A model generated the notes under the pieces. The model was given only the letters and a program-made list of their open reading frames with translations. It ran no database searches and was not told where the DNA came from. From the NCBI GenBank assembly GCA_963810935.1, contig CAWEPK010000008.1, forward strand, positions 480,001-544,000: 64,000 nt of DNA, given 5' to 3'. Below are positions 29,885-41,064 of this stretch, one piece after another. Each line of letters opens with the position of its first letter. Within the stretch, counting starts at the first letter, position 1. This stretch comes from an uncultured delta proteobacterium. Its GTDB lineage: Bacteria > Desulfobacterota > Syntrophorhabdia > Syntrophorhabdales > WCHB1-27. The position numbers were made by a program, and so were the translations under genes.

Positions 29885-32138
29885 GGTTTACCTACCTCCT
29901 CCGTATGTGCTGAGAGCCTGGCTACTTCTTCTAGGCTGAGCGGAAGGGCCGAGCAATCGCAATCCAGGGCCCTGGAGACCGCGTTTGCCACCGCAGCGGC
30001 GGTGGGCACGAGGGCCGGCTCACCTATGCCCTTCGCCCCGAATGGGCCTTCCTTATCGGGGACTTCCATCATGACGATCTTCATTTCCGGTATGTCCATG
30101 CTCGTAGGCACTATGTACGTATCAAAATTGGGATTGGTTACCTTTCCGTGAAAGAGCCTGATTTCTTCGGACAGGGCGTAACCCATGCCCATACCGACCG
30201 CACCCTCTATCTGAGCCGTGAGAAGGGTCGGGTTGACGACCGTCCCGGCATCAAAGACGGCAACGATCTTATCGACGCTTACCTTGCCCGTATACGTGTT
30301 TACCCGCGCCCTGGCGCACTGGATTCCGTAACTGTAAAATGCGTACGGACTCCCTTGGCCGTCCTCGTCCTGGTTGACCACGGGCGGGTCGTAGAAACCG
30401 CTCGCCTCCAGTAGCGCGTCTGCCTTCGTGAAGAGGTCGGACAAGGGGATGGACAGGTCTTCTCCCTTTACCTCAGGTCCTTCCGGACCGTAGACAAGCT
30501 CCAACAACCCCTTCGCGCGGTAAAGGAGTCGCGCCTTCTCAAGAACCACGCGTTTCAGCTCGGAAGCAGCGAGTTGCACAGACTTGCCCACTATGGCCGT
30601 GAGGCGCGTCCCGGACGTAGTGCCCGAATCGGGAGTACAGCGGGTGTCTGCGGTGACGACCCGGATCGAACTTACAGGAAAATCGAGGGTCGCGGCTGCT
30701 ATCTGCGCGAGGACTGTGTTCGACCCCTGGCCGATATCGGGCGACCCGACGAATACTTCCACGATGCCCTTCTCGCTCACCCGTGCCCAAGCGACGCCGG
30801 GGTTGGGAAGACCGGTCCTTCCGTTGCCGTAGTAAAAAGCGGCCATGCCCCAGGCCTGCCGCTCGTGGTGCTTCAGCGGCCCGCCGAGACCCTCCTCAAG
30901 CACAAGCTCGCGGGCCTTCTCCAGGACAGGCCGCATGGTGACGCCTTCCAATTTCTGTCCCGTCGCAGAGAGATCCCGGTCGACGAGCGCATTCTTAAGT
31001 CGCAGCTCGAAGGGGTCCATGCCCAGGGCGTTGGCCAGCTTGTCCATTTGCCGCTCGCATGCGAATGCCACCTGTGGCTGCCCAAAGCCGCGCATGGCCC
31101 CTGCAACGGGATTGTTTGTATGGACACCCCGGACCTCAAGCGTAACGTTCGGGACACGGTACGGCCCGGCCCCGAAGATCGACATGCGGGGAAGGACAAC
31201 GCTCGTATAATCGATGTAGGCCCCGGCGTCGGCGACAAGGTCCATCCTGACTGCGGTCAAAGTGCCGTCTTTCTTTGCGGCGTGGGTATGGCGGATAACA
31301 CAGGCGTGCCGCTTGGACGTGGCCTGGAAACTCTCCTCGCGGCTGTGTTTCATCACGACCGGTCTCCCTGCCCGCGATGCCACGAGGGCCGCCATGGCGA
31401 CTTGGGCAAGGTCCGATTTTCCGCCAAAGCTGCCGCCGATGGCTGGCGCAGCCACGTTGATCCTTTCAAGGGGCCAGCCCAGGACCCTTGCGATTTCCGC
31501 ACGGTCGAGGTGGACGCTCTTCGTCGTGCTCCAGACCAGGAGTCCCCCGTTATCCGGTTCAACCAGGACGGCCTCCGGCTCTATGTAGGCATGTTCGACG
31601 GGTGCACAGCGGTATTCGCCGTAGTATAACCAATGTCGGCCTCGGCCAGGCCCTTCTCCAGGTTGCCTCGCACGACCTTCTTGTAGACGCACAGGTTGCC
31701 TTTGTCGCCTATCACCGGCGCGCCCGGCTCCAAGGCACGCTCCGGCGTTTCCACCATTTCCAGCTCTTCGTACACTACAGTGACGGCTCTTACCGCTTTT
31801 TCTGCGGCCTCCTCGGATGCGGCCGCCACGACGGCCACCGCCTCTCCCAGGAAGCGCACCTTTCCATCGGCGAGGACGCGCTGGTCCTTGGCCCCAGTCA
31901 TCCCGACACGGTTCTGGCCGGGTATATCCGCAGCGGTCAGGACAAGCTCGACTCCGGGGATAGACAGGGCCGCCCCGGTCTCTATGCTCTTTACAAGGGC
32001 GTGGGCGCAGGGGCTCCTGACGGCCTTTGCATAGAGCTGCCCACGGCTGTGCAGGTCGCCAGCAAACCGGGCTTCGCCCGTCACCTTACTCCTGGCGTCA
32101 GGTTTAGGGGTGTTCTGGCCTATCGCCGTCCAGCCCAT
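29881..32138 (-). pseudogene. Xanthine/nicotinate dehydrogenase family molybdopterin-binding subunit, frameshift near 31630
   Basis: The N-terminal part (KVTGEARFAGD, in ORF 31581..32159) and C-terminal part (HAYIEPE, GGSFGGK, AMRGFG, DIGQGS, AKGIGE, in ORF 29881..31692) join into ~752 aa if one base is added. Confidence 0.85.
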
Positions 32139-32139
32139 C

Positions 32140-32613
32140 CTACCGCCCTGTCCTCTCACGGTCTGCCGCGTTTTCCACGGCCCGTATAATCTTCTCGTAA
32201 CCTGTGCACCGGCAGAGATTACCGGAGATCGCTCTGCGTATCTCGGCCCGAGTCGGCGAGGGGTTCTTTTCGAGGAGCGCCTTCGCCGACATGAGCATAC
32301 CGGGTGTGCAGAACCCGCACTGCACAGCGCCCTCCTCTATGAACGCCTGCTGGAGGCGGTCGAGTTCCTTTCCGGCCAGTCCCTCGATTGTTCTGACCTC
32401 GCGGCCGTCCACCGATGCGGCGAGAACGAGGCAGGCGTTTACCGGCCGCCCGTCAAGGAGGACCGTACACGCGCCGCATTCACCGATGCCACAGCCTACT
32501 TTTGTCCCCGTCAGGCGGAGCCGGTTTCTCAGGAGATCGGCCAGGACTTCGCCCGCCTCCGCGACCGTGCTGCAAGTCTTTCCGTTCAGGACAAAAGTTA
32601 TCTTACTTTTCAT
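32140..32613 (-). CDS. Xanthine dehydrogenase family 2Fe-2S subunit
   Basis: GCGIGECGACTV, QCGFCTPG and GNLCRCTGY motifs. Confidence 0.95.
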   Translation of the reverse strand: MKSKITFVLNGKTCSTVAEAGEVLADLLRNRLRLTGTKVGCGIGECGACTVLLDGRPVNACLVLAASVDGREVRTIEGLAGKELDRLQQAFIEEGAVQCGFCTPGMLMSAKALLEKNPSPTRAEIRRAISGNLCRCTGYEKIIRAVENAADRERTGR

Positions 32614-32657
32614 CCTCGACTATCCATCGCTTTACTCCCTAAGACTGCCGGGCCGTG

Positions 32658-34035
32658 TTATTCCAGGACCTTGCCGCGCGTCTCAGGCAGGAAATGGAGC
32701 ACGAACATGCCTCCCACGACGGAACACCCGACCACGATGAACGCGTTCGTAGTTCCCACGGAGGGCCAGAGGAGACTGCCGAAGACCAGCGATACGAGAA
32801 GGGCCAGGGTCAGGCGGGCGATCATCGAAGCGCAGCCGAATCCCGTCCCCCGCAGGTCCGTCGGGTAAGACTCCGAGATAAACGTATACAGCGTCGCGAT
32901 GACCGGCTCTGCCGTAAGGCCGTAAAGCATGATGGTTATCCGGGCATACCAGTCCAGGTTGAGCACTGTCGTGAAAATCACTATGAATACGGCGGCCGAG
33001 ATGGAGCTGACCATGAGAAATTTCTTACGGCCCATCGACATCGATAAGAAAACTGGAAATTATTATCCCTATGAAGCCCATGAAGGAGAGAATGCCGGCC
33101 GTCAGGAATGCCTTTTGATGCGTGTATCCTTCCTTTACGAGCACCGTGGGCAGCCACATCGTCACTCCGAAACGATGCAGGAAGATCACGATCACCACTA
33201 TCCACAAGCCTATCGTCATCTTCCAGTTGTACCTCAACACCTTGGCGAAGCGGGAGACAATGCTGTCTTTGACGACTGCCTCACTCGCCGAAGTCTGCAG
33301 CGTCCATTCCTCTACCTGTGCCCCCGTCCGCCTGATGAGCCACCTTATTACCGCGTCTGCCTCTTTGAGACGGCCCTTCCGGATAAGGAAAGAAGGCGAC
33401 TCCGGAAGGTAGAATATTACCCAGATCATCAGGAACGCCGGCACTATCATGAGCAGGAAGAGAAGGCGCCAGTTGTTGTAAGGCACGAGAAGGGTGGCCA
33501 CGATCGCGTTCACCGTAGCGCCGATTCCCCAGAAAACATCGAGCAGGTTAAGGGCCTTTCCCCGGACCCGCACGGGCATGAACTCCGCTACCATCGGATA
33601 GATCACGGGTACGGTGGCGCCGAGCCCGAGACCCACGATCAACCTCAGTATCAACAAACAATCGAACGATGGAGACAACGCGGAGACGAGGGAGAATAGG
33701 GAATACGTCAGAACGCAGCAAATGAACACGCGCTTGCGGCCGATGGCGTCCGCCAGGGAGCCTCCCACGACCGCACCGGCGGCCATGCCTATGAAAGTGA
33801 CCGTGCCGAAGAGACCTAGCTGGAGATTGCTCAAATGCCAGTATGGCTTGATCAGCGGCATTACAAATCCCACCAGCATAACATCCCAGGCATCGAACAT
33901 AAATGCCAGACCGGCAATGAAAAAGATCATTCCCTGAGTACGGACACGAAACGGTAAAGCTTGAATTGTCTCATCCGCGTTTCTCAAGCTCTCTCCCTTC
34001 AATCGATATGTGCGGACCGTGCCGGGCGTCTTCAT
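32658..34035 (-). pseudogene. MFS transporter (NiaP/aromatic-acid-symporter-like), frameshift near 33036
   Basis: FDAWD, LADAIGRKR, LPESP and ESYPTDLRGTG motifs. Removing one base near 33036 gives ...FLIDVMGRKKF... and a ~458-aa protein. Confidence 0.85.
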
Positions 34036-34351
34036 TCCTTCGTTGATCCGGCTGCAGGCTGGATAACCTGCCAAGTTCCAAAGTAATGCGCCCTCCTTCG
34101 TAGACGATTCCATTGCATCCGGCAGTTCCGTCTATCATATCTCGCAAGGAGGAAGCAGTTTCTATGTTTAGTTCATGCTGTCCGGCAAGTCAAGTACTTT
34201 TTCGAGTTTTTCCTTGCTGGCAACAGCGTCGTGAGGTATCATCAGTAGAACGAATCCTGTCGGATTGACCCGGGCGGTTAACAGATGTGAGCCATGGGGT
34301 CGCTTTCGGGATTATGTACAATCCGGTCAACCGGCCGTGCGGAGCTTGAGC

Positions 34352-37180
34352 ATGAGAAAAGACGAGGTGCGCATGATTGTCAACGGCGCGCCTGTGACCG
34401 CAATCGTTCAACCAAAAATGACCCTGTTGAGATTTCTCAGGGACCACCTAAGGCTGACCGGCACCAAATGTGGGTGCGGTGCCGGGGAGTGCGGCACCTG
34501 CGTTGTGATAGTGAACGGTGAGGCGAAAAAGTCATGCCTCCAGCAGATGAACAGGCTCGAAGGCGCCACCATACAAACTATAGAGGGGCTCTCGGTCGAT
34601 AGCTTGCATCCCCTCCAGCGGGCTTTTATCGACAAGGGTGCTATTCAATGTGGTTTTTGCACCCCTGGCATGATCATGACTGCCAAAGCGCTTCTGGATC
34701 GAGATCCTGTACCGACCAGGGACAACATCATAGAAGCTCTGACCGGCAACTACTGTCGTTGTACCGGCTATTTCGCGATAATCGAGGCCATCGAAGAAGC
34801 GTCAAGGGTCCTCTCGGGCCACGTCTCCCATAATGACCGATCGCCTGTGGGCGCAGGAACCGATATCATCGGCAAAGCCGTGCAGGACAGCTCGGACCTC
34901 CAGAAAGCCAAGGGGCGGCTGGTTTTCAGCGATGATCTCTATTTCGATGAAATGTGTCACGGCGCTCTTCTCTTCGGCGGCGTGCCGCACGCCTTGCTGA
35001 AAAGGGTAAACACTAGTCGGGCCGGACTGATGCCGGGTGTGATCCGGGTGTTGACCGCCGCCGACGTTCCGGGGATAAATAGGTTCGGCATCATCCAAGC
35101 CGATCAGCCGGTTTTTGCCGAAGATAAGATCCGTTTTGTTGGCGATCCCATTGCGCTAGTTATTGCCGAAACGGAAGAGATCGCTCGCGAGGCCGTCCGA
35201 TCAATCACGGTAGACCTTTCAGAGCTTCCCGTTATAGCTTCTCCTGAAGAGGCAATGAAACGGACGGACTTGCCTCCCGTCCATGATAAGGGAAACATCC
35301 TGAAGAAAGTCATCCACGAAAAGGGAAATGCCGCGAATGCCTTCGCCGAAGCCACGCTGATTGTCGAAGAGGATTACGAAACGCCTTTCGTCGAGCATGG
35401 TTATCTCGAGCCGGAGTCCGGCGTGGCCAGGGTAACAGAGGACGGCGGAGTAGATATATGGTGTTCCACCCAGGGCCCCTTTCTCATGAGAGGGCAGATA
35501 GCCCGGTGCTTGAACCTTCCGGAGGATAAGGTAAGAGTGCGGGGGCTTCCGGTCGGAGGCGCCTTTGGAGGAAAGCTCGATATAACCATTCAGATTCTGC
35601 TCGGCCTGGGAGCCCTTCTGACAAAGAGACCTTTCAAGATGACGTTGAATCGACGTGAATCCTTCAGAATAAGCACTAAGAAGCACCCTTTCAAGATGCA
35701 CTATAAGACAGGGGTTTCGGCTGAAGGTAAGTTCCTTGCTTTGGAGGCGAGACTGGTAAGCGACGCAGGTGCCTATGAAGGTTGGAGCACCGATGTTCTT
35801 GAGCAGGCTATCGTTTTTGCAGGCGGTCCTTATATCTGGCCGAACGTGCGTGTCGAAGGCATTACCGCTTACACCAATAACGTTCTCGGGGGGGCTTTTC
35901 GGGGGTTCGGGATGAACCAGGTCCACTTCGCGATAGAAAGCCAGATAGACATAATGGCCGGACGACTCGGTATGGAACCGTTAAAGCTGAGACAGGTCAA
36001 TGCCCTGGAGGAAGGAAAGGAGAATTTTTGCGGGGAGATAGTCCAATCCTGCGTCGCCATCAAGGAAACATTCCTGGAGGCCGAAAAGAGGATCAAGTCG
36101 CTCCGATCCATGCGTATGCCCTCCGATGAAAGAAAAAGGATCGGTGTGGGCATTGCAGGCGCTTACAAGAACATAGGCGGAGGGAGAGGTTTCGTAAATT
36201 CCGGGGGAGCGGCCCTGAAGCTTTTGGAGTCGGGCGGTGTAGAATTAAGAGCTTCCGTCTGCGACATGGGACAGGGGGCGGCATCCGTGCTGGCCCAGAT
36301 TGCGGCGGCCGTTACGGGCATATCGATCGATGCCTTCGCGGTAGTCGTAGCCGATTCCGATTTGGTGCCCCTCGGTGCCATGGCAATCGGACAGCGCCAG
36401 ACAATGATTTCGGGAAACGCCACGCTGGGCGCCGCAAAGGATTTCAGGCAGCGTATCCTTGAGTCTGCTTCCCGGCAAGTCGGGCTCCCCTTGAAGGATC
36501 TGGATATCATCGGGGACCGGGTAGTCAGAAAGAGCGGGGAACCGGCCATATCGCTCGATCAACTGGCCCGCCTCGCCGGAGCCTCAGCCATTGAAGCGAG
36601 CTGCGAATGGACTGCACCGCAAACCTATCCCCTCAGGAATGATCCGAACCCTACGTTCCCTATAGTTAAAGACGGAAAGATAATTACCGACTATGATCCG
36701 GAGGATTACAGAAACTACTTCGCCTATAATTATGCCTGTCAGATAGCCGTCGTCGAGGTGGACGTCGTCACGGGGGCGGTCGAAGTAAAGAAGGTTTTCG
36801 CCTTCCATGATGTGGGCAGGGTCCTCAACCCGCTCAAGGTCAAGGGGCAACTCGAGGGGAGCATAATCATGGGTATCGGTTATGCCCTGTCCGAAGAGTT
36901 CGTCGTGGAACAGGGAATACCCAGGACTAAAACGCTCAGGGACTGTGGCATTCCTGACATTCGAGTCAGGCCCGAGATCGAGATCGTTCTCGTGGAAAAG
37001 CCGGAACCCATCGGTCCTTTTGAGGCTAAGGGCATTTCGGAGATCGCCCTTGTTCCGACCGTCCCTGCAGTTGTTAACGCCATTTCTGATGCAATAGGAG
37101 TAAGAATTAGGTCTTTACCTGTCAGACCTGAAAAGGTACTAGCCGCCCTGGCGAGACTAACAGTAAGTGGCGGTTCTTAA
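34352..37180 (+). CDS. Single-chain molybdenum hydroxylase/aldehyde oxidoreductase (2Fe-2S fused to Mo-binding domain)
   Basis: CGAGECGTC, QCGFCTPG, CRCTGY, HGYLEPE, GGAFGGK, AFRGFG, DMGQG and AKGISE motifs. Confidence 0.92.
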   Translation: MRKDEVRMIVNGAPVTAIVQPKMTLLRFLRDHLRLTGTKCGCGAGECGTCVVIVNGEAKKSCLQQMNRLEGATIQTIEGLSVDSLHPLQRAFIDKGAIQCGFCTPGMIMTAKALLDRDPVPTRDNIIEALTGNYCRCTGYFAIIEAIEEASRVLSGHVSHNDRSPVGAGTDIIGKAVQDSSDLQKAKGRLVFSDDLYFDEMCHGALLFGGVPHALLKRVNTSRAGLMPGVIRVLTAADVPGINRFGIIQADQPVFAEDKIRFVGDPIALVIAETEEIAREAVRSITVDLSELPVIASPEEAMKRTDLPPVHDKGNILKKVIHEKGNAANAFAEATLIVEEDYETPFVEHGYLEPESGVARVTEDGGVDIWCSTQGPFLMRGQIARCLNLPEDKVRVRGLPVGGAFGGKLDITIQILLGLGALLTKRPFKMTLNRRESFRISTKKHPFKMHYKTGVSAEGKFLALEARLVSDAGAYEGWSTDVLEQAIVFAGGPYIWPNVRVEGITAYTNNVLGGAFRGFGMNQVHFAIESQIDIMAGRLGMEPLKLRQVNALEEGKENFCGEIVQSCVAIKETFLEAEKRIKSLRSMRMPSDERKRIGVGIAGAYKNIGGGRGFVNSGGAALKLLESGGVELRASVCDMGQGAASVLAQIAAAVTGISIDAFAVVVADSDLVPLGAMAIGQRQTMISGNATLGAAKDFRQRILESASRQVGLPLKDLDIIGDRVVRKSGEPAISLDQLARLAGASAIEASCEWTAPQTYPLRNDPNPTFPIVKDGKIITDYDPEDYRNYFAYNYACQIAVVEVDVVTGAVEVKKVFAFHDVGRVLNPLKVKGQLEGSIIMGIGYALSEEFVVEQGIPRTKTLRDCGIPDIRVRPEIEIVLVEKPEPIGPFEAKGISEIALVPTVPAVVNAISDAIGVRIRSLPVRPEKVLAALARLTVSGGS

Positions 37181-37199
37181 AGCAGAGGCGAGGAGGGGG

Positions 37200-38447
37200 A
37201 TGATGAGAAGGTTGTTTCTGGTTCTGGCAATAGCAGTTCTGCTGATCTCGGGCATAAGCGGGAGCGGCAACATTTACGCCCAAACGAAGAAGAAACCCAT
37301 AAAGCTGGGTATGGTGGCGGACAAGACGGGAGCGAATGCAGCCTACGGATACTCCCATGAAAAAGTGGTCAGGGCGGCAGTGGCAAAAGTAAATAAAGAA
37401 GGCGGCATCATGGGCCGGCAGGTAGAGCTCTACGTAGAGGACACGGAAAGCAAGCCACCCGTGGGAGCGCTGAAATTCAGAAAACTGGCTGAGACGTACG
37501 ATGTCGATTTTGTCATCGATTCGAATAACTCGGGTGTGGCCGTTGCATGCGCCCCTATAGCAAAAGAGCTGAGGGTGCCTTATTTCCCTTCCGCCTCAGC
37601 CACGGAGTTGTCGGGAGAGAAAGGGAACAGATATCTGTTCCCTGCGTGTACATCCGTACGGGAAGAGGCGAAGGGGGTAGCCAAGTGGGCGGTACGCAAC
37701 CTTGGAAAGAAATGGGTCACGGTAGTAGTCAATTTTGCCTGGGGATGGTCCAATGAGCAGGACTTCAAGAGATTCATCTCGGAGAACGGCGGAACGGTTC
37801 TGGAAACGATCCGGGTACCTGTGGGGGCAAATGACTGGCTGCGCTATCTCTCCGGCAAGATTCCCAAGGGCGCCGAAGCTGTCTATTTTGCCTGCTTCGG
37901 CTCTGATTTCCTCTCTTTCATAAGAGACCTGCATGCCGTCCGTCCCGACATCAAGAAACTTGGCTCCGTCTACTGTTTCTCGGCCCAGGATATAAAGGAG
38001 ATCGGGACCCCGGTCGAAGGGGCATACTGCCTCACGTCATATCCGACAAGACTGGAAGGGCTGAATACTAAGGCGAATAAGGCGTATCGCGAGCTCATAG
38101 GGGTAGACCCGGAAGGTAAGGAGATTGGAACGGGCACGCGGTTCGTTCTTGCTTATAACTGGGCTATGTGGGAATCGGTGTTTGCGCTGAAGGCGGCCAT
38201 GGAGAAGGTCGGATGGAAGGGCAAGGAGGATACCCCGAACGTGATCAAAGCACTCGAGACGATCCAGTTCAAGGAAGGCGTAGAATTTCCGCAGGGTGAC
38301 TTCCGCTTCCGCGCCCAAGATCATCTGTCTCTTGCCGGGCTTTATGTGGAACAGGTCGTGAACGGGGAGTTGAAGGTAGTGGCGAAGATCCCTGTGGCAG
38401 ATGTGGTATATCCGCCTATCGTCGACCGCTCGAGGGAGCAGTTCTAG
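37200..38447 (+). CDS. ABC transporter substrate-binding protein (branched-chain amino acid/LivJ-like)
   Basis: Signal peptide, PIKLG, GGIMGRQVELYVEDTESKP and PQGDFRFRAQDH motifs. Confidence 0.88.
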   Translation: MMRRLFLVLAIAVLLISGISGSGNIYAQTKKKPIKLGMVADKTGANAAYGYSHEKVVRAAVAKVNKEGGIMGRQVELYVEDTESKPPVGALKFRKLAETYDVDFVIDSNNSGVAVACAPIAKELRVPYFPSASATELSGEKGNRYLFPACTSVREEAKGVAKWAVRNLGKKWVTVVVNFAWGWSNEQDFKRFISENGGTVLETIRVPVGANDWLRYLSGKIPKGAEAVYFACFGSDFLSFIRDLHAVRPDIKKLGSVYCFSAQDIKEIGTPVEGAYCLTSYPTRLEGLNTKANKAYRELIGVDPEGKEIGTGTRFVLAYNWAMWESVFALKAAMEKVGWKGKEDTPNVIKALETIQFKEGVEFPQGDFRFRAQDHLSLAGLYVEQVVNGELKVVAKIPVADVVYPPIVDRSREQF

Positions 38448-38851
38448 CCGCTTACCTCTTCAGTATCTTATTGCAGTCCTGGGCAGATAGTCCCATCATC
38501 CTGTAAATCGAGCCTATCTGCCCTTTACACTAGGTCACTTATACCATTTGTAGTCTTCACTATTTTCGGCTTTAAGTAAATTGAGGAAGGAGCCGGCGGG
38601 CAGGAAGCAGTGAAGAATCAAAAAGTGGACTTCAGGAAGAACGGCTTTCTCCGCTCCTCCTCACCAAACGGTGCAGATTACAGCCTGGGCCTCCCATTAT
38701 TACCGCCCTCGCGATTAGTACCGGCATTCGTACGTGGCCGGCGTGGCGCTGTTTTTCTCATAAACGGCTGATCGCCGGGGAGAAGAAATCGTTTTCCTCT
38801 ACAGGCCTTATGCTATAATCGAGAAAAACATATTCATTTAGCGGGGACCCC

Positions 38852-40873
38852 ATGAGAGCGCTGGTAAGCTGTCTTTTGTTCGCATTTTCCCTATCATTAG
38901 TCTTCTTCGGTCCATCTTCATTCGCAGCTTCACCGGAGAACATGGCAAAGCCGGGAGAGCTGATCGTGGAGCCCCCGACCCTCATCAATCTCGGGTTCGA
39001 ATGGTACCTGGAGGGGGATAATAACCGGGATTCCGAGGTTGAGGTCCAATATCGCAAGAAGGGGGAAGCTGCCTGGAAAAGGGCATTACCCCTTCTCCGT
39101 CTCTCGCCTAACGAAAGAACCGTCTGGTGGTCCGTCGATTATTCACCGCGCAACATGTTTGCCGGGAGTGTATTCGATCTGGAGCCGGACACCGAGTACG
39201 AGTGCATATTCATTATGTCGGATCCGGATGGCGTTATAGGCGAAAAGCGAAGAACGGTAACGGTGCGTACTCGCCCGGAACCCAAGCCTTACCAGGCCGG
39301 CCGGACCTTTCACCTGTATCCTCCCGGTTACAAGGGCGATAAGAAGACGCCCAACTGTGAAAGCCTGTGGACCTGCTACTATACGGGAGGGGGCGGAGGT
39401 GACTGGAGCGAGGCGTTTGCCGCCAGGGTGCAGCCGGGCGACACGATCCTCGTCCATGCGGGCCTTTATTCGGTAAGACCTTCTCCTTATCCCGGCCTCT
39501 CCCCCTTCGACGGCACGTACTATCTGACCGTCAGCGGCACTCCGGGAAAGCCCATAGCTATAAAGGCGGCAGGGGACGGTGAGGTTATATTCGACGGAGC
39601 GGGCAAATTCAACCTATTTAATGTGGAGGCGGCCGACTACAATTACTTCGAGGGCCTTACGATCCGCAACACCGATGTCGCCTTCCTTGCGGGCCACAAG
39701 AGGGTGACGGGATCGAGCGGCCTGACGGTCAAGCGGTGCCGCTTCGAGAACATCGGCATAGGCGTCTGGACCAGTTACTCGGGGTCGAAGAACTTCTATG
39801 TAGCGGATAACGTAATGATTGGAAGGGGGGACCCGAACAGGCTCGTCGGCTATACAGGCACGCCCTGGGAGAAGCTCCCCGGCTACCCTCCTCCCCTTAT
39901 TTCTTACTTCGGTGTCAAGGTTTACGGCTCGGGTCATGTCATTGCCCACAACTACGTGGCTAATTTCTTCGATGGCCTGTGCCATGATACGTACGGCATG
40001 CCGGACGGCTATCCGAACGTACCTAGGGACAAGATGCCCGTTTCCATCGACTTCTATAACAACGATATTACAAACGTGCACGACAACTGCATTGAGGCGG
40101 ACGGAGCCATGCACAACATCCGCGTCATGCGCAACCGCTGCGTCAATATAGGTATGGAACCCTTGAGCGGCCAGCCGATCTTCGGCGGACCGGCCTATTT
40201 CATCCGCAATATAGTCTATCATGCGCCGGGCGGCAGCCAAAACGGGCCGGTACCGAAGGAAGGCGGCGCCTTCAAGAACCAGTATTCGGAGCCGGAAGGC
40301 CTAGTCATCCTGCACAATACGCTTCTCACGGAAGTCGCCCTTACCGTCGCCCCGATGCCTCCCGCCTCTACGAAGCAGGGCGGATGGCTCAACACGCACT
40401 TTTCGAACAACTTCGTCCTTGGGGAGGGCGTTTATCCGCAAATATTTCAAGTCCGCACATACACAAATTACACGACGTCCGACTATAACGGATTCAGCCC
40501 GAACCAAGGGAGCACCTACGCCTTCAGTTGGGTCTCTCCGCCGTTCGATATGCCCTACTCCACGCATGAGGATCCCCAATGGGTGGTGCGTAACTTCAAG
40601 ACCCTTCCTGAATACTGCCGCGTCACAGGAAAGGACTGTCACAGCAAGTTGGTGGGCTGGGATATATTTGCCGACCTCGCCCCGCCCGACCGGGAAGACC
40701 TTCAAAAGATTTATAACCCGGGCGACCTCCACTTCCAGTTGAAGCCTGCCTCCCGTGCCGTAGACGCGGGCTGTCTGCTGCCGAACGTGAACGATGACTT
40801 CACCGGCCTTGCCCCCGACCTCGGGGCGCTCGAGATAGGCCGCCCGGCCCCTGTCTACGGACCGAGGCCCTGA
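38852..40873 (+). CDS. Secreted right-handed parallel beta-helix protein with N-terminal FN3-like domain
   Basis: Signal peptide, DLEPDTEYE, PGDTILVHAGLY, repeated beta-helix strands, and C-terminal L...S.AVDAG...PDLGALE. Confidence 0.8.
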   Translation: MRALVSCLLFAFSLSLVFFGPSSFAASPENMAKPGELIVEPPTLINLGFEWYLEGDNNRDSEVEVQYRKKGEAAWKRALPLLRLSPNERTVWWSVDYSPRNMFAGSVFDLEPDTEYECIFIMSDPDGVIGEKRRTVTVRTRPEPKPYQAGRTFHLYPPGYKGDKKTPNCESLWTCYYTGGGGGDWSEAFAARVQPGDTILVHAGLYSVRPSPYPGLSPFDGTYYLTVSGTPGKPIAIKAAGDGEVIFDGAGKFNLFNVEAADYNYFEGLTIRNTDVAFLAGHKRVTGSSGLTVKRCRFENIGIGVWTSYSGSKNFYVADNVMIGRGDPNRLVGYTGTPWEKLPGYPPPLISYFGVKVYGSGHVIAHNYVANFFDGLCHDTYGMPDGYPNVPRDKMPVSIDFYNNDITNVHDNCIEADGAMHNIRVMRNRCVNIGMEPLSGQPIFGGPAYFIRNIVYHAPGGSQNGPVPKEGGAFKNQYSEPEGLVILHNTLLTEVALTVAPMPPASTKQGGWLNTHFSNNFVLGEGVYPQIFQVRTYTNYTTSDYNGFSPNQGSTYAFSWVSPPFDMPYSTHEDPQWVVRNFKTLPEYCRVTGKDCHSKLVGWDIFADLAPPDREDLQKIYNPGDLHFQLKPASRAVDAGCLLPNVNDDFTGLAPDLGALEIGRPAPVYGPRP

Positions 40874-41064
40874 GAGGTGACTTCGACCGTCGTCCCCCCG
40901 TGCTCGCCCTCTTCAGCTTACATGGCCAGCGTAGAGACGCCATGACCCCGACAGGTCCATCCCACCTGTCAGATCCTGACTTCGAGGGTTGCCGTTTCAA
41001 GTGCAGTATGAGCAGCTACTGCTTGAAAATGAGGAAGGAGGCCACGGGCACGAAGCAATTTGGA

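Noticed and set aside
27372..32613. 4-hydroxybenzoyl-CoA reductase (hcrCAB)
   Set aside because: The FAD subunit is short and lacks the Cys-rich 4Fe-4S insertion characteristic of HcrB.
38582..38663. Possible ncRNA from the imperfect inverted repeat TGAGGAAGGAGC...GCTCCTCCTCA
   Set aside because: It is a single imperfect stem with no recognisable family motif, which is too little support.
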